IMG/VR virus record: IMGVR_UViG_3300023055_000005
Reading direction: 5' to 3' (one strand)
Length of the DNA stretch: 64,000 nt
Source: a virus
Taxonomy: Duplodnaviria > Caudoviricetes
Shown: in pieces, positions 54,202 through 62,092 of the stretch
How the letters are laid out: each line of letters starts with the position of its first letter
Position numbering within the stretch: position 1 is the first letter of the stretch
The notes under the pieces: model-generated
The model's input: the letters and a program-made list of their open reading frames with translations, nothing else
The model's database searches: none
Told to the model about the DNA's origin: nothing
Translations under genes and position numbers: made by a program

Positions 54202-54669
54202 ATGGAAATTGCACTGTACATTGGCGCTGGGCTGCTGGTCATCATCATTCTGCTGGCACTGCGCAATCGCTCGTATCTGAAAGACCTGATGGCTTCCATG
54301 GATGAAGTCTTGGGGGATGCCGACGACGTCGCGTTCCCGAAGGAGATTCCGGAGGACATCATCCAGCAGACCCGCCAACGCGAATGGCCGCCTGCTCCGT
54401 GGCAGACCGACCCCAGGGTCACACTGGCTACCTCTGGTCTGTATCCGTTCTTGCGAATGGAAGCGTCCAGTAGTGAAGCCAGACTGAGGGCACTCACCCA
54501 GGCCTACGAACAGGAAAAGGGCAAGGAAAATCCTGACGAAGAACTGGTCAAACACCTGCAACAACTCCGCCTGCATGAGAGCAATCTCGGGGCAAGTTTT
54601 CTGTTGGCGTATCTTCGCGCCGAAACCATCGCTGCACAACCACAAGGAACCGCTACGCATGTCGGGTAA
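54202..54669 (+). CDS. Membrane-anchored hypothetical protein
   Basis: GGAGG Shine-Dalgarno; N-terminal TM. Confidence 0.65.
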   Translation: MEIALYIGAGLLVIIILLALRNRSYLKDLMASMDEVLGDADDVAFPKEIPEDIIQQTRQREWPPAPWQTDPRVTLATSGLYPFLRMEASSSEARLRALTQAYEQEKGKENPDEELVKHLQQLRLHESNLGASFLLAYLRAETIAAQPQGTATHVG

Positions 54670-55099
54670 CTTCTTCAAGGAAAAGATCGTCGTCCATCAC
54701 AGCCCGTTCGTCGAACAGGATTTGCTGAATGCGGTCAAGGAACAGATCGCCGACCGCCTGGACAGCCAGGGTCTGCCGCACGATCCCAGCGTCATCGTGT
54801 TCAACAACCTCGGGCCGTCCGGCGCCGGTGATGTGCTGACCTTCGCATGGGAAGGCGAGTTCTTCGTGGCCGGTCCGCAGAACGCTGGCCAGAGCCTGGG
54901 CACCGTCGTGCACAACAGCGACGTGAACGTCTTCCTCGGCAAGCGCGAAGCCAAGCTCGGCACCTTCGCCAAGAACTTCATCAACGGCCTGGGCAACATC
55001 GACCTGAACGCTACCCAGGTTCCGTCGCTGGCCGACGTCATCCGTCAGATCAACGACTTCCGCGACATCTTCCCGCGCCTGGAAGCAACCCGCGTCTAA
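54659..55099 (+). CDS. Hypothetical protein, strongly biased codons
   Basis: AAGGA Shine-Dalgarno before ATG 54659. Confidence 0.8.
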   Translation: MSGNFFKEKIVVHHSPFVEQDLLNAVKEQIADRLDSQGLPHDPSVIVFNNLGPSGAGDVLTFAWEGEFFVAGPQNAGQSLGTVVHNSDVNVFLGKREAKLGTFAKNFINGLGNIDLNATQVPSLADVIRQINDFRDIFPRLEATRV

Positions 55100-55152
55100 T
55101 AGCGCCGGCCTGTAATACCTGCCCCCACCTCCGGGTGGGGGTTTTATACCGA

Positions 55153-55302
55153 ATGGAGAAAGACGTGACACCCGTCGAAGCCTACCTCATCAGCCAGATC
55201 ATCTACGCTGTCATCGTTTGCGTGTTTGTAGTACCCGCAATGATCGGCGCAGGTATTGATGTGTACCGTATCCACAAGACCAAAGTGAAGGTAAAGAAAT
55301 GA
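55153..55302 (+). CDS. Small membrane protein
   Basis: IIYAVIVCVFVVPAMIGAGI, basic tail; ATGA overlap with the next gene. Confidence 0.5.
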   Translation: MEKDVTPVEAYLISQIIYAVIVCVFVVPAMIGAGIDVYRIHKTKVKVKK

Positions 55303-56495
55303 CGCAGCATTACGTTGGAACCAAGGTCATCCAGGCATACGAGAACGAGAAGGACGGCAAGCCCGGCTTCGCCGTTCAGTACCCGGATGGCTACACCTCC
55401 TGGTCCCCGAAGGAAGTCTTCGAAGAAGCTTACCTTCCGATCGGCGTCATCCCGGCCGGTACGCCGGACTTCGTGCAGCGCATGATTGCTGAACGTGTCC
55501 AGCTCAACGACCGTAAGAATAAGCTTAACGATTTCTACGTCGAAGCCAAGAAGAACGGCGGTCACCCGGATCTTCAGGGCGACGAGCTGTCGGACATCGA
55601 CGATCAGCTTGAACGGATGGTCGAATATCTCCAAGCACTGGATCAGCGCATCCAACGCCACGGCTTCATCTTCCACGACACCGGCCGTGTGCTCACGGTG
55701 CAGCAGGCCCAGGTCGAAAGCTATACCCGGATCAAAGAAATCATCGTCCAGATCATCGCCGCCGCGGAGAAGAAGGGCGAGCCGCTGGACCTTGCTGCCA
55801 CGCAGGATATCCCGAAGGCAATCCGCGAGAAAATCTTCCTCGAATTCGACGCGGGCAGTGTAGTTGAATGCTCTTTCGAGAATGCCTATTGGAATGTGAG
55901 GGTGAGGGGGATGCTGCTGTTCAGCCGCTCGGTCCACGAGTACAAGATCCGCCACCTGGAATGCTACCGTAGCACCGTCGACAAGCGCATCGCCCAGGCT
56001 ATCCAAAGTGCCTATGCGGAAGTCACCTCGATTGGCAATACCGCCAATGATGTCGTGTTCATGAACTACCTCTCTACGCACTTCCTCAAGAAGGTCGGGG
56101 ACATGGGTCAGGTCGCCATCGCCGGCCGCCGCATCGACGACTACTGGAAGTTCATTGTCGATTACACCGATGACGTGCTGCAGGGAATCTTCCTCTGCTA
56201 CAATTCGGTCAGATACTCGGCTTTCAGGGTGGAGATGCTGAGTCTGAACTCTCGCCAGTCTCGCTTCGAGCAGGCGCTGGACTCCTTGCGCACGCTCGTC
56301 CCCGACAGTGTCAGGGAAGCAATCCTTACCAAGCTCGATGAAAGCATCTGCCCGGTGGGCGACGTACTTGGGCCGTTGCCAACCCTTACTATCACCCGCC
56401 GCGGCGCGGCTATTGTCTACAAGGATGAAGCCTTGGAGCGTCTGAACCAGATGATCCAGGCGGCCGTCGCCAAGATGCAGGAGGCCAAGGCATGA
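55299..56495 (+). CDS. Multidomain phage protein (YxGTK...YPDGY.SWSPK module, coiled-coil module, unknown C-terminal region)
   Basis: HYVGTKVIQA...YPDGYTSWSPKEVFEEAY; FVQRMIAERVQLNDRKNKL...QLERMVEYLQALDQRI. Confidence 0.8.
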   Translation: MTQHYVGTKVIQAYENEKDGKPGFAVQYPDGYTSWSPKEVFEEAYLPIGVIPAGTPDFVQRMIAERVQLNDRKNKLNDFYVEAKKNGGHPDLQGDELSDIDDQLERMVEYLQALDQRIQRHGFIFHDTGRVLTVQQAQVESYTRIKEIIVQIIAAAEKKGEPLDLAATQDIPKAIREKIFLEFDAGSVVECSFENAYWNVRVRGMLLFSRSVHEYKIRHLECYRSTVDKRIAQAIQSAYAEVTSIGNTANDVVFMNYLSTHFLKKVGDMGQVAIAGRRIDDYWKFIVDYTDDVLQGIFLCYNSVRYSAFRVEMLSLNSRQSRFEQALDSLRTLVPDSVREAILTKLDESICPVGDVLGPLPTLTITRRGAAIVYKDEALERLNQMIQAAVAKMQEAKA

Positions 56496-57220
56496 CCGAC
56501 TCCTACGGAAACTACGCGCTGCTCGTATCTTTCCCGGATCAGAGCGAGACCTTCACCCTCGGCGTAGAGGCCGGTGTGTTCTGGCAGCGCCTGTCCATGG
56601 GTGAACGTGAGTTTGAGTACTTGGCTCACACCAAGAACCTCGCATGCCTGGAACGGATGGCCGCGTCGATGGATCTCCAGGTCAAGACCATCGCCAGTGA
56701 CGATGAGTGGACGACCCTCGGTATCTACCCGAAGGCGGCGGAGAAAGAAAGGCCGCGGCTGATGCTGATCAACGGTGGCATTCACGTGAGCACGGAGAAG
56801 ATGGAGGGCGTGTCTGAAGCACTCGCCAATCATGAACTCCAACGCACATTGGTGCAGGTGCTCGATGGCAAGTACCGTGCCGGTGAGGTTGTCACTGTCC
56901 GCCGCAATCTCGAAGGCATCATCCCGCTGTTCGGCAATATCTTCAGCGCAGACACCACCTTCATCGTCAACACCAACGCCACCTTCGACGAGCTGCAGGC
57001 AGTCATCGAACCGCTGCTCGTGCCCATCGGCAGTAAGCGTTCGCAGGTCTACCTGTCGTACTCGCTGCCGGTTGTCGATGCGTGCTATGCCAAGTATGTG
57101 GTGATCGATCGTCGCCGCATGCCTGGCAGTGAGAGCGATGCCTTCCAGCGTACCGAGGCCTTGATCAAGGGTATTACCAAGATCGCCAAGGTGCCGCCGG
57201 TGTTCATCGTAATGGACTAA
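56492..57220 (+). CDS. Hypothetical protein
   Basis: GGAGG Shine-Dalgarno; ATGA overlap. Confidence 0.75.
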   Translation: MTDSYGNYALLVSFPDQSETFTLGVEAGVFWQRLSMGEREFEYLAHTKNLACLERMAASMDLQVKTIASDDEWTTLGIYPKAAEKERPRLMLINGGIHVSTEKMEGVSEALANHELQRTLVQVLDGKYRAGEVVTVRRNLEGIIPLFGNIFSADTTFIVNTNATFDELQAVIEPLLVPIGSKRSQVYLSYSLPVVDACYAKYVVIDRRRMPGSESDAFQRTEALIKGITKIAKVPPVFIVMD

Positions 57221-57223
57221 GTG

Positions 57224-57268
57224 AACGGGAGGGGCTTCGGCCCCTCCCTCTATGTCTTTTTTTTTGTC
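57224..57268 (+). terminator. Intrinsic terminator
   Basis: GGGAGGGGC-TTCG-GCCCCTCCC, then TATG and a T tract. Confidence 0.8.
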
Positions 57269-57325
57269 TGGTTTTCTGCCCACTATATGGGGCGCTTTCG
57301 CCCGTCTACGCAGCTAACCGGGATC

Positions 57326-57718
57326 ATGGCAATGTTGAAACACTTCGTACTACTGAAAACTTTCGAGCACGGCTGGCAGGCCAAGCAGTTTGTTCTGATC
57401 CTGCGTCAGCGCCTGACCAGCTCCAAGTCCTTCCTGGGCGCATGGAGCTGGGCACAGACGACGATGACTCTGCCCGACCACCCAGAGCAATTCGAAGGTC
57501 CAGTCATTCTGGAGAACGGCTATCGCGACGTGGCCTGCTATCGCGACAAGTGCCGCAACGGCGAAGGTGACGTGTACACCTATCCGGCCATGAAGGACTG
57601 GATCGAAGGTGGGTTCTGCGGTGAGCCGCCGTCCCCGCCACAAGAGTCCGACGACCAACAGACGTTGGGCGACTTGGGCAACATTTCCAAACTTACCAAG
57701 TCTGAGGACGCGCCATGA
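57326..57718 (+). CDS. Hypothetical protein
   Basis: Start likely ATG 57326 or 57332; ATGA overlap with the next gene. Confidence 0.65.
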   Translation: MAMLKHFVLLKTFEHGWQAKQFVLILRQRLTSSKSFLGAWSWAQTTMTLPDHPEQFEGPVILENGYRDVACYRDKCRNGEGDVYTYPAMKDWIEGGFCGEPPSPPQESDDQQTLGDLGNISKLTKSEDAP

Positions 57719-58146
57719 GCAGTACCAACAAACGACAGTGCTGCTACCTCGGTGAAGGTCGCTATCTGGTCCGCAGTGCAGAAGGCTACGAAGAAGCCAA
57801 GCAGCAAGCGCTCAAGCAGAGCGGCCTGCGTGGTCCGGATGTCAAGATCAAGTACACCGGCGTCTTCCGCTTCGGCTATCCGGCGGTGGTCTGGTTCTGG
57901 CCGATCTTCCGTGGGAACATGCGTTGGGACATCTACGCCTGCTCCTACCACCTGAACACGTACATGGAGTTCCTCCACAAGCGCCTGAAGGAGCTGGAGA
58001 ACCATGACGTGCTGATCGCCGAGCTGGGCTATACCAAGCTGGCCGAGGTGGCCGCCGGTCGTGCAGCCGATGATCCGGAGTTCCACGCTGATCTTCTGCG
58101 CCTGCTCGAAGAAGGCGCTGCCTCCAACGAAACCAAGGAACCCTGA
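57715..58146 (+). CDS. Hypothetical protein
   Basis: GAGG Shine-Dalgarno. Confidence 0.72.
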   Translation: MSSTNKRQCCYLGEGRYLVRSAEGYEEAKQQALKQSGLRGPDVKIKYTGVFRFGYPAVVWFWPIFRGNMRWDIYACSYHLNTYMEFLHKRLKELENHDVLIAELGYTKLAEVAAGRAADDPEFHADLLRLLEEGAASNETKEP

Positions 58147-58376
58147 TGTTCATCGGTCTGTTCAAAATGGCACTCGGCATCGGCGGGTTGTTCTTCACCC
58201 TGCTGGGCATGTTCGTGTTCTTCAAGGTGTTCATCGCGCCCAAGGTTGCGCCGATGGATACCTCCAACCGGATCAACCACCTGCGCCTGCTTTGGTTCGT
58301 GCTGGCCAGGCCGGAACTGTTCGTCGACACGTTCCCGTGGCTGAAGAACGATGAGCTGAAGAACGTCACCAAGTGA
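58146..58376 (+). CDS. Small membrane protein
   Basis: TGATG coupling; long hydrophobic N-terminus. Confidence 0.7.
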   Translation: MFIGLFKMALGIGGLFFTLLGMFVFFKVFIAPKVAPMDTSNRINHLRLLWFVLARPELFVDTFPWLKNDELKNVTK

Positions 58377-58410
58377 CATATCGCCCCTCCCAGACGGGAG
58401 GGGCTTTATG
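58377..58410. repeat. CATA-hairpin-TATG element; inverted near-copy of 8432-8466
   Basis: CATATCGCCCCTCCCAGACGGGAGGGGCTTTATG. Confidence 0.85.
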
Positions 58411-58412
58411 CC

Positions 58413-58450
58413 GATTCCAATATGTTTCAACCCTATATAACTCATGTGAG
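58413..58450 (+). promoter_or_regulatory. Phage early-type promoter
   Basis: GATTCCAATATGTTTCAACCCTATATAACTCATGTGAG. Confidence 0.75.
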
Positions 58451-58500
58451 GTTCCAATCAAAAGACCTCATTCCCTTCTTAAACTCAATGGAGATTCAAC

Positions 58501-58707
58501 ATGAACAAGTCCACCCCGAAGACCAACAACGTCGCCGCTCGTCGTATCGCTCCGGCACGTAAGCCCCTCATCAAGCGCCTTGGTTCGGCTGTCGTCGATA
58601 CCGCCAAGGACAAGCAGGTCCAGATTGTTGTCGGTGGTTCGCTCGCAGTTTGCGCGCTGATCATCACCGGCGCAGTCCTGGCTGATAAGTACCTGGAACG
58701 TAACTAA
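58501..58707 (+). CDS. Small tail-anchored membrane protein with basic N-terminus
   Basis: GGAG Shine-Dalgarno; IVVGGSLAVCALIITGAVLA. Confidence 0.75.
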   Translation: MNKSTPKTNNVAARRIAPARKPLIKRLGSAVVDTAKDKQVQIVVGGSLAVCALIITGAVLADKYLERN

Positions 58708-58781
58708 CTCCAGACCGCAGCAAACTGAGCCGTCATTTCGGCGGCTCTTTTATTTCCCTTCCAATAATGGAGTAACAAAGA

Positions 58782-59807
58782 ATGAAAAAGAAAGTAACTG
58801 AAACGAAGAACGCCGCAACTACCGTGGACAACACCGAGTACTACGAACTGATTGCCAAGCGCAAGAAGCTCGCCGCTCGTGCCAAGAAGCTGACGGACGC
58901 TGGCAAGCCGGTCCCGACCAAGCTTCGCGACGAAATGGCTGCCCTGAAACGACAGACCAACAAGTCCTCCATCGTCCTCGGCAAGGGTCTCAAGACCCTG
59001 GCTACCAAGCCGAACGATGTGAAGGAAGTCAAGGTGGTTGACATCACCACCACGACCACCATCACCGAACTGGCAAAGGCGCTGGGCATGCGTCCGAGCG
59101 GACTGGTGAGCCGCCTGTTCCGTCATGGGACTACTGCGGTGAGCGGTGACAAGGTGACCACGCTCAAGAGCGCCGTCAAGGTTCTCAACGAGATCGGCTC
59201 GAAGGAAGGCTTCAAGGTCCAGCTCGTCGAATCCACTGCGGTGGACAAGCTCACCGATGCGTTCAGCACTGCGACCAAGAATCGCCGTGTGCGCAAGAAG
59301 CCGCTGACCAAGATCGCCATTTCCCCGCGTATCACCATCGAGCAGCTGGCTGAAAAGCTGGACATCACCAAGAACGCGCTGGTCAAGCACTACTTCGCCG
59401 AGAAGAAGATCGTGTCCACCTCGCAGACCGTTGCGTCGGCAGGTCGCATCCTCGCTCGCAAGATCGCTCACGAGCTGGGCTTCGAGTTGACCTACACCAA
59501 GGTCGGCAAGGTGTCCAAGACGGTCTCCCAGTCCGAAGCGGGTCTCACCATGCGTCAGCTGGAAAACGAGATCTTCAAGGTCGACGGTCTGCGCATCGTC
59601 TTCCGCGTCGATCAGAACGTTCGCTCGGGGATTGCCAAGTGGGGTCAGCGTATGCCTGACAGCGCCACGATCTCCAGCCTGCACGCTCGGCTGAAGCGGC
59701 ACCACGCGGACTTCAAGGACTGCCAGTTTGTCATCACCGACAAGAACGGCGACGCCTTCACGTCCACCAGCAACCGCAAGCAGAAGCTCTCGGCTCTGGC
59801 TTTCTAA
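58782..59807 (+). CDS. Lys-rich protein with two IF2-N-like domains and a small C-terminal domain
   Basis: TITELAKALGMRPSGLVSRLFRHG...AVKVLNEIG and ITIEQLAEKLDITKNALVKHYF...LARKIAHELG; GGAG Shine-Dalgarno. Confidence 0.75.
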   Translation: MKKKVTETKNAATTVDNTEYYELIAKRKKLAARAKKLTDAGKPVPTKLRDEMAALKRQTNKSSIVLGKGLKTLATKPNDVKEVKVVDITTTTTITELAKALGMRPSGLVSRLFRHGTTAVSGDKVTTLKSAVKVLNEIGSKEGFKVQLVESTAVDKLTDAFSTATKNRRVRKKPLTKIAISPRITIEQLAEKLDITKNALVKHYFAEKKIVSTSQTVASAGRILARKIAHELGFELTYTKVGKVSKTVSQSEAGLTMRQLENEIFKVDGLRIVFRVDQNVRSGIAKWGQRMPDSATISSLHARLKRHHADFKDCQFVITDKNGDAFTSTSNRKQKLSALAF

Positions 59808-59843
59808 GCAGTACCCACCAACCACTGGTATAAGGAGATAGAA

Positions 59844-60284
59844 GTGAACGTTGGTGTTTGTGAGAAGGTTGTCCCTCAGCGTCGTGAGTTCTACGTGACG
59901 CACTCGTTTGAGGGTAACCTCTACTTCAGGAATCTCCACCCGATGAATGTCGAGGAGCCTGTCCTGAAATTGACGTGTGAGATCCCTACGCTCGGCATGG
60001 AACATGCTGATCGGAATGGTCGCATTGACGTCATGAAGTTGTGCATCTTGAAGAAGTTCGAGGCTCAAGGTCTGAACGGTATGGAACTGGGCGCCCTGTT
60101 AGGGTTGCTCAGTCCCCGCTGCATATGCCCTGAGTTACTCGATGAGCTGCCTGCGACTGTGCTGAACCATGTACAGATCGAGGATGAACGGCTGATCAAA
60201 ATCTCCGGTACGCATTGGGGCGAATATCTGGAAGCTAACTACCTGGCGGTAAGTTGGCCCAGTGAAAAGTTCCTCGGCTGCTGA
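59844..60284 (+). CDS. Hypothetical protein
   Basis: AAGGAG Shine-Dalgarno before GTG; AT-richer codon usage. Confidence 0.65.
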   Translation: MNVGVCEKVVPQRREFYVTHSFEGNLYFRNLHPMNVEEPVLKLTCEIPTLGMEHADRNGRIDVMKLCILKKFEAQGLNGMELGALLGLLSPRCICPELLDELPATVLNHVQIEDERLIKISGTHWGEYLEANYLAVSWPSEKFLGC

Positions 60285-60377
60285 GAAAGAGTAGTAACTG
60301 GCTGTACTCTGCTGTACCATGTATGGCGGAGGTAACCCCTCCGCCTTTTCTCGCTTAAACCTAATGGAGTTTCAAAT

Positions 60378-60920
60378 ATGTGGGGCAATTACGTCGGAAC
60401 GTTGGAAATCAGCCGTGCCAAGAGCACCGCTCATCGCTCGGGTCGCATCATGTTCTTCGATCGCGCTACTGACCTGTTCGCTCACGTCCTGTTCGATCTG
60501 GACCCGATCAACTACGAAGACCCCAAGGACTACCGCGGTCTGTTCGTGGTGGATGAGATCTTCACCAACATCCTCGATGAAAACGAAGCCGACCGCTTCC
60601 GCGACATCATCGCGCTGTCGATCCACTTCCTGTTCAACAACAAGGACTTCAAGGATCGGCACCGCATCACTCACACCGAGATCCTCATCGGCGTTGGCGA
60701 GCTGGATGAGAATCCTGTCCACAGCTCGCTGATGCAGAGCACGACCAAGTTCCTGGTCGACGAGCATCACGAGGAAGGTGACAATGTCATCACCATCGAG
60801 AAGCTGCGCGAGTTCGCTCGCAACGACTCGGTCATGAACAAGCAGATCGGCATGTACACCGCCGGTGAGCGCGAGCCCACCATGGTGATCGACTGCACGT
60901 CGGCATTCGCCACGCTGTAA
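60378..60920 (+). CDS. Hypothetical protein
   Basis: GGAG Shine-Dalgarno. Confidence 0.8.
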   Translation: MWGNYVGTLEISRAKSTAHRSGRIMFFDRATDLFAHVLFDLDPINYEDPKDYRGLFVVDEIFTNILDENEADRFRDIIALSIHFLFNNKDFKDRHRITHTEILIGVGELDENPVHSSLMQSTTKFLVDEHHEEGDNVITIEKLREFARNDSVMNKQIGMYTAGEREPTMVIDCTSAFATL

Positions 60921-60925
60921 CATCC

Positions 60926-60960
60926 TAGAGGGCAGGACTTCGGTTCTGCCCCCTTTCCTT
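60926..60960 (+). terminator. Intrinsic terminator
   Basis: GGGCAGGAC-TTCG-GTTCTGCCC then a T-rich tract. Confidence 0.7.
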
Positions 60961-60989
60961 TCGTAATACCCCCCAATGGAGAAATTCGT

Positions 60990-61493
60990 ATGAACAGCAA
61001 GACCCCGCGTTACATAGCGGTCCTTGACATGCTGAACATCGGCCGCATGACCAACGCCGACGGTGACCTCATGGTCATCGATACCACCACCGCTGAACAC
61101 GTTTTTCTTTATTTGGCAATTCGTGAAGAAGGAAGTGAAGAAGAGGGGGATTATGGTGTCGAGTTGGAGATAGTCGGCGCACGCGACAACATTCCCCAGA
61201 ACCCGGTCGAAGAGGACAACCTGGCAGCTGCTCGGCGACTGGCCAACGGTGCCTACAGCATCCTCTGCAGCGCTCTGGACATCATCCGGGAAAATCCAGA
61301 AAGCGAAGTCTTCGCCCACCGCGCCCTGGCTAAGGCCTCCGTCAAATACAACTGCGAAGATAGCGAACATCTGACTGAGAAAGTGCTGTACTCGGTCATG
61401 CAATCGAATGATGCCTGTCATGAAAAAGTCGAACTGACCATCCTGACCGACAAGTTGATCAGGCGCACCTTTGATCTGGGTGATCGTACCTAA
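60990..61493 (+). CDS. Hypothetical acidic protein
   Basis: GGAG Shine-Dalgarno. Confidence 0.72.
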   Translation: MNSKTPRYIAVLDMLNIGRMTNADGDLMVIDTTTAEHVFLYLAIREEGSEEEGDYGVELEIVGARDNIPQNPVEEDNLAAARRLANGAYSILCSALDIIRENPESEVFAHRALAKASVKYNCEDSEHLTEKVLYSVMQSNDACHEKVELTILTDKLIRRTFDLGDRT

Positions 61494-61532
61494 GTCCCAC
61501 ACTCGCCCAACAACTACCCAACCGAGGTTCCC

Positions 61533-61787
61533 ATGGCCAGCAAAGCCGTCAAGCGGTTGACCGCAAGGTATACCCGCAAGCGCAACTCGTTCCTGCTCTA
61601 CGCAGCCCTGATGATGATCGTCTGTTTCTCGATGGGACTCATCCTTCCCAACGCCAGTGTGTTCGGCAGTTACAAGTGGGCGGTACTGGGAGTGCAGCTG
61701 GGATTGTTCTTCTTCGCCGCAGTCGCCGCAGTCAAGAAGTTCTGGCCGGCATACTACGACTACCTCCGATTGCGGAGTGTGGCGTAA
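61533..61787 (+). CDS. Two-pass membrane protein
   Basis: GAGG Shine-Dalgarno; basic N-terminus and two TM segments. Confidence 0.72.
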   Translation: MASKAVKRLTARYTRKRNSFLLYAALMMIVCFSMGLILPNASVFGSYKWAVLGVQLGLFFFAAVAAVKKFWPAYYDYLRLRSVA

Positions 61788-61797
61788 TTTGCTACAC

Positions 61798-62092
61798 GAG
61801 CAGGCCTATAATCTGTACAAGTCAGTGTGCACTGCAGCTCCTCCGATAACCCGAATGTAGGCACGGCCATGCGTGCTGATCATCTATCCCGTTCGTGTAC
61901 GGGAAAGCTCTTTAGGGGGAGCCATAATCGGAGTCAAAGCGCAGCACATACCCTGCATCAACATCGTTTGTCTGATCGACCTACTTGCTCGGGTTGCTAG
62001 GATCGCGGAGTTGTTGCCTGACTCTTCTGCTAGGTTGGGGTGGCAGTTTATTCCAAGCATTAGGCCTGCTCCTTCGGGGGCAGGCTTTATGC
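61798..62092 (+). ncRNA. Candidate structured non-coding RNA or attenuator
   Basis: 11-bp end-to-end stem (61798-61808 with 62061-62071), an internal four-way junction (61841-61933), further hairpins and a terminal UUCG hairpin; ORFs here lack a Shine-Dalgarno and coding bias. Confidence 0.45.

Noticed and set aside
74-60068. Many long antisense ORFs in the track (e.g. 74-1630, 2691-4118, 4148-6121, 10740-12440, 26003-28927, 30048-32087, 32971-34419, 47246-48817, 58704-60068)
   Set aside because: They lie exactly opposite well-supported genes, lack Shine-Dalgarno sites and motifs, and are expected from strong GC third-position bias, which removes antisense stops.
61807-61812. Host sigma70 promoter (TATAAT)
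   Set aside because: There is no -35 hexamer at 16-18 bp spacing, and the site lies inside the predicted RNA stem.
61876-61906. Hammerhead-like core (CTGATCA...stem...GAAA)
   Set aside because: The core would need CUGANGA with a 3-8 pair; here it is C-C, there are four extra nt before the stem, and no convincing stems I/III.
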